Below are positions 61,905 to 64,000 of a stretch of DNA of 64,000 bases, one piece after another; within the stretch, counting starts at the first letter, position 1, and each line of letters opens with the position of its first letter. Both the position numbers and the translations under genes were made by a program. Below the pieces are notes generated by a model. It worked only from the letters and a program-made list of their open reading frames with translations. It ran no database searches and had not been told where the DNA came from. Source of the DNA: Patescibacteria group bacterium (GTDB taxonomy: Bacteria; Patescibacteriota; Microgenomatia; UBA8517); the NCBI GenBank assembly GCA_026416845.1, contig JAOAEL010000007.1:78-64077 (forward strand), in the 5' to 3' direction.

Positions 61905-64000
61905 GCCTTTTAGTTCCTAACTTTCGATGCACTCAGTTGGTCCGATTGCCTTTTAGTTCCTAACTTTCGATGTGCCACCTCTATCACTAAGCCTTTTAGT
62001 TCCTAACTTTCGATGTAGCAAGAAACACATTTGTGCCTTTTAGTTCCTAACTTTCGATGCCTTGCTCCACTACCGGGGCCTTTTAGTTCCTAACTTTCGA
62101 TGATCCACAAACTCTTCACCGCCTTTTAGTTCCTAACTTTCGATGTTAGCCCCCCTGATTAGATGCCTTTTAGTTCCTAACTTTCGATGTTGAGGTGAAA
62201 GGATTGGCGCCTTTTAGTTCCTAACTTTCGATGCTAAACGAAGGCTTGGACGCCTTTTAGTTCCTAACTTTCGATGTTAATTTTTTCAATTCCTTGCCTT
62301 TTAGTTCCTAACTTTCGATGTCCAGCCACCTCCGGGCACGCCTTTTAGTTCCTAACTTTCGATGTTGGTGATACTGGAAACAAGCCTTTTAGTTCCTAAC
62401 TTTCGATGACTGTTTCACCAAGCCAAAGCCTTTTAGTTCCTAACTTTCGATGCAATTCAAGCAGATGCCTGCCTTTTAGTTCCTAACTTTCGATGCACCT
62501 GCTATGATGACCTGCCTTTTAGTTCCTAACTTTCGATGACAATCAAAGGAGGGTGGGGCCTTTTAGTTCCTAACTTTCGATGTTTCCAACTTTTTCTGCT
62601 CGCCTTTTAGTTCCTAACTTTCGATGAGGAACGTACCCTATGGTAGCCTTTTAGTTCCTAACTTTCGATGTGTACGACTTTGAGGATAGCCTTTTAGTTC
62701 CTAACTTTCGATGTTTTTCATAGCGCCTCCTCGCCTTTTAGTTCCTAACTTTCGATGTATGTCTTATAATCACATGCCTTTTAGTTCCTAACTTTCGATG
62801 AGTGCAAACCCAGTAGGAAGCCTTTTAGTTCCTAACTTTCGATGCCTTTGGGACAGTGACAGGCCTTTTAGTTCCTAACTTTCGATGGACATTTTAGTTG
62901 CGGAGGCCTTTTAGTTCCTAACTTTCGATGAAAAGGAGGGGAACTTACCGCCTTTTAGTTCCTAACTTTCGATGTTAGCGATAATCTCCGCTGCCTTTTA
63001 GTTCCTAACTTTCGATGAAATGCTCAGTGACAGTTTAGCCTTTTAGTTCCTAACTTTCGATGACTGGGTTTGATGGATTTTGCCTTTTAGTTCCTAACTT
63101 TCGATGTTAGCGATACTTTATACTGCCTTTTAGTTCCTAACTTTCGATGCCAACCAAATGAGTGTTTATGCCTTTTAGTTCCTAACTTTCGATGTTCAAC
63201 CAACCCTGCTTGAGCCTTTTAGTTCCTAACTTTCGATGGTCTCCCTCTTTTCCTCTAGCCTTTTAGTTCCTAACTTTCGATGTGCCGATTACTTTTACAA
63301 TGCCTTTTAGTTCCTAACTTTCGATGCAAGGCGGTTACCAATTAGCCTTTTAGTTCCTAACTTTCGATGCCCCGCAAACGCCACGATCGCCTTTTAGTTC
63401 CTAACTTTCGATGCAACGCCGCCGTGAAGGCGCCTTTTAGTTCCTAACTTTCGATGATATGAATTAGGGGCAATGCCTTTTAGTTCCTAACTTTCGATGT
63501 TGCCGTTCAGTTTCCAAGCCTTTTAGTTCCTAACTTTCGATGTGCCAACATTTTGAGTTTTGCCTTTTAGTTCCTAACTTTCGATGTTCTCTTATGTGGA
63601 CGAAAGCCTTTTAGTTCCTAACTTTCGATGGAATTGGAAAAAAATGTAAGCCTTTTAGTTCCTAACTTTCGATGCACTGGAGCAAGTGGTTCGCCTTTTA
63701 GTTCCTAACTTTCGATGAAAAGGCTTTTGAGGTAATGCCTTTTAGTTCCTAACTTTCGATGCTGAAAGAGCGGCAACAAGCCTTTTAGTTCCTAACTTTC
63801 GATGTGTGGGGAATTGACCCTAAGCCTTTTAGTTCCTAACTTTCGATGTGGCATACCATAATTAGTGCCTTTTAGTTCCTAACTTTCGATGTGATCCGAT
63901 TCTGACTAAGCCTTTTAGTTCCTAACTTTCGATGTATGTTTTCAAAAGGACAAGCCTTTTAGTTCCTAACTTTCGATGCTAATTTTGGTATGTCAAGAGC
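61905..64000. CRISPR. CRISPR array of at least 48 repeats of 25 nt (GCCTTTTAGTTCCTAACTTTCGATG) with 18-20-nt unique spacers; it continues past the window end
   Basis: I counted 48 occurrences of the repeat at a 43-44 nt period. Every spacer is different. Repeats are near-identical; one copy at 62035 has T5 instead of T4. No cas genes lie within 60 kb upstream. Confidence 0.9.

Noticed and set aside
61905-64000. Alternative reading of the array as a simple tandem or minisatellite repeat, and an attempt to set transcript orientation from repeat structure
   Set aside because: All 47 inter-repeat segments are different and of nearly constant length, which only a CRISPR array explains. The repeat has only a weak 4-bp hairpin (TTAG-TTC-CTAA) that is symmetric on both strands, so orientation cannot be set from structure alone.

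Overview
This is a 64 kb AT-rich, gene-dense bacterial window with short intergenic regions and many small proteins, typical of a reduced genome. Its gene content (archaeal-type class I LysRS, an ApbE flavinylation module, few biosynthetic genes) fits a Candidate Phyla Radiation (Patescibacteria)-like organism; that assignment is inference. Recognisable housekeeping genes are the C-terminal end of GluRS (truncated at the window edge), typA/bipA, mutL, mutS, truB, uppP, dgkA, lon, greA, class I lysyl-tRNA synthetase, serS, dcd, rarA and secA. Envelope genes are an L,D-transpeptidase, a PAP2 phosphatase, three GT2 glycosyltransferases and a UDP-glucuronate decarboxylase-like SDR. There is a three-gene extracytoplasmic flavinylation module (FMN-binding protein, ApbE, membrane FNR-like oxidoreductase). 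An isoprenoid cluster (GT2, UbiA prenyltransferase, phytoene/squalene synthase) sits next to a photolyase. A Zur-type metal cluster carries a COG0523 GTPase, a Fur-family regulator, a CooC-like ATPase and a cysteine-synthase-like protein fused to a rhodanese domain, with two candidate operators. Two tRNAs were found by hand folding: tRNA-Gln(CUG) on the minus strand near 3.9 kb and tRNA-Glu(CUC) near 29.1 kb. Downstream of tRNA-Glu is a 4.6 kb ORF-poor region with pseudogene debris (NUDIX, inositol monophosphatase family, a multi-frameshifted unknown gene) and a degenerate second copy of the tRNA-Glu locus. The most striking feature is at the 3' edge. From 61905 to the window end there is a CRISPR array of at least 48 near-identical 25-nt repeats (GCCTTTTAGTTCCTAACTTTCGATG) separated by unique spacers of only 18-20 nt, giving a 43-44 nt period. 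No cas genes lie in the 60 kb upstream. This geometry matches what I recall of CRISPR-CasY (Cas12d, type V-D) arrays from CPR bacteria. Any effector should therefore lie just beyond the window end.
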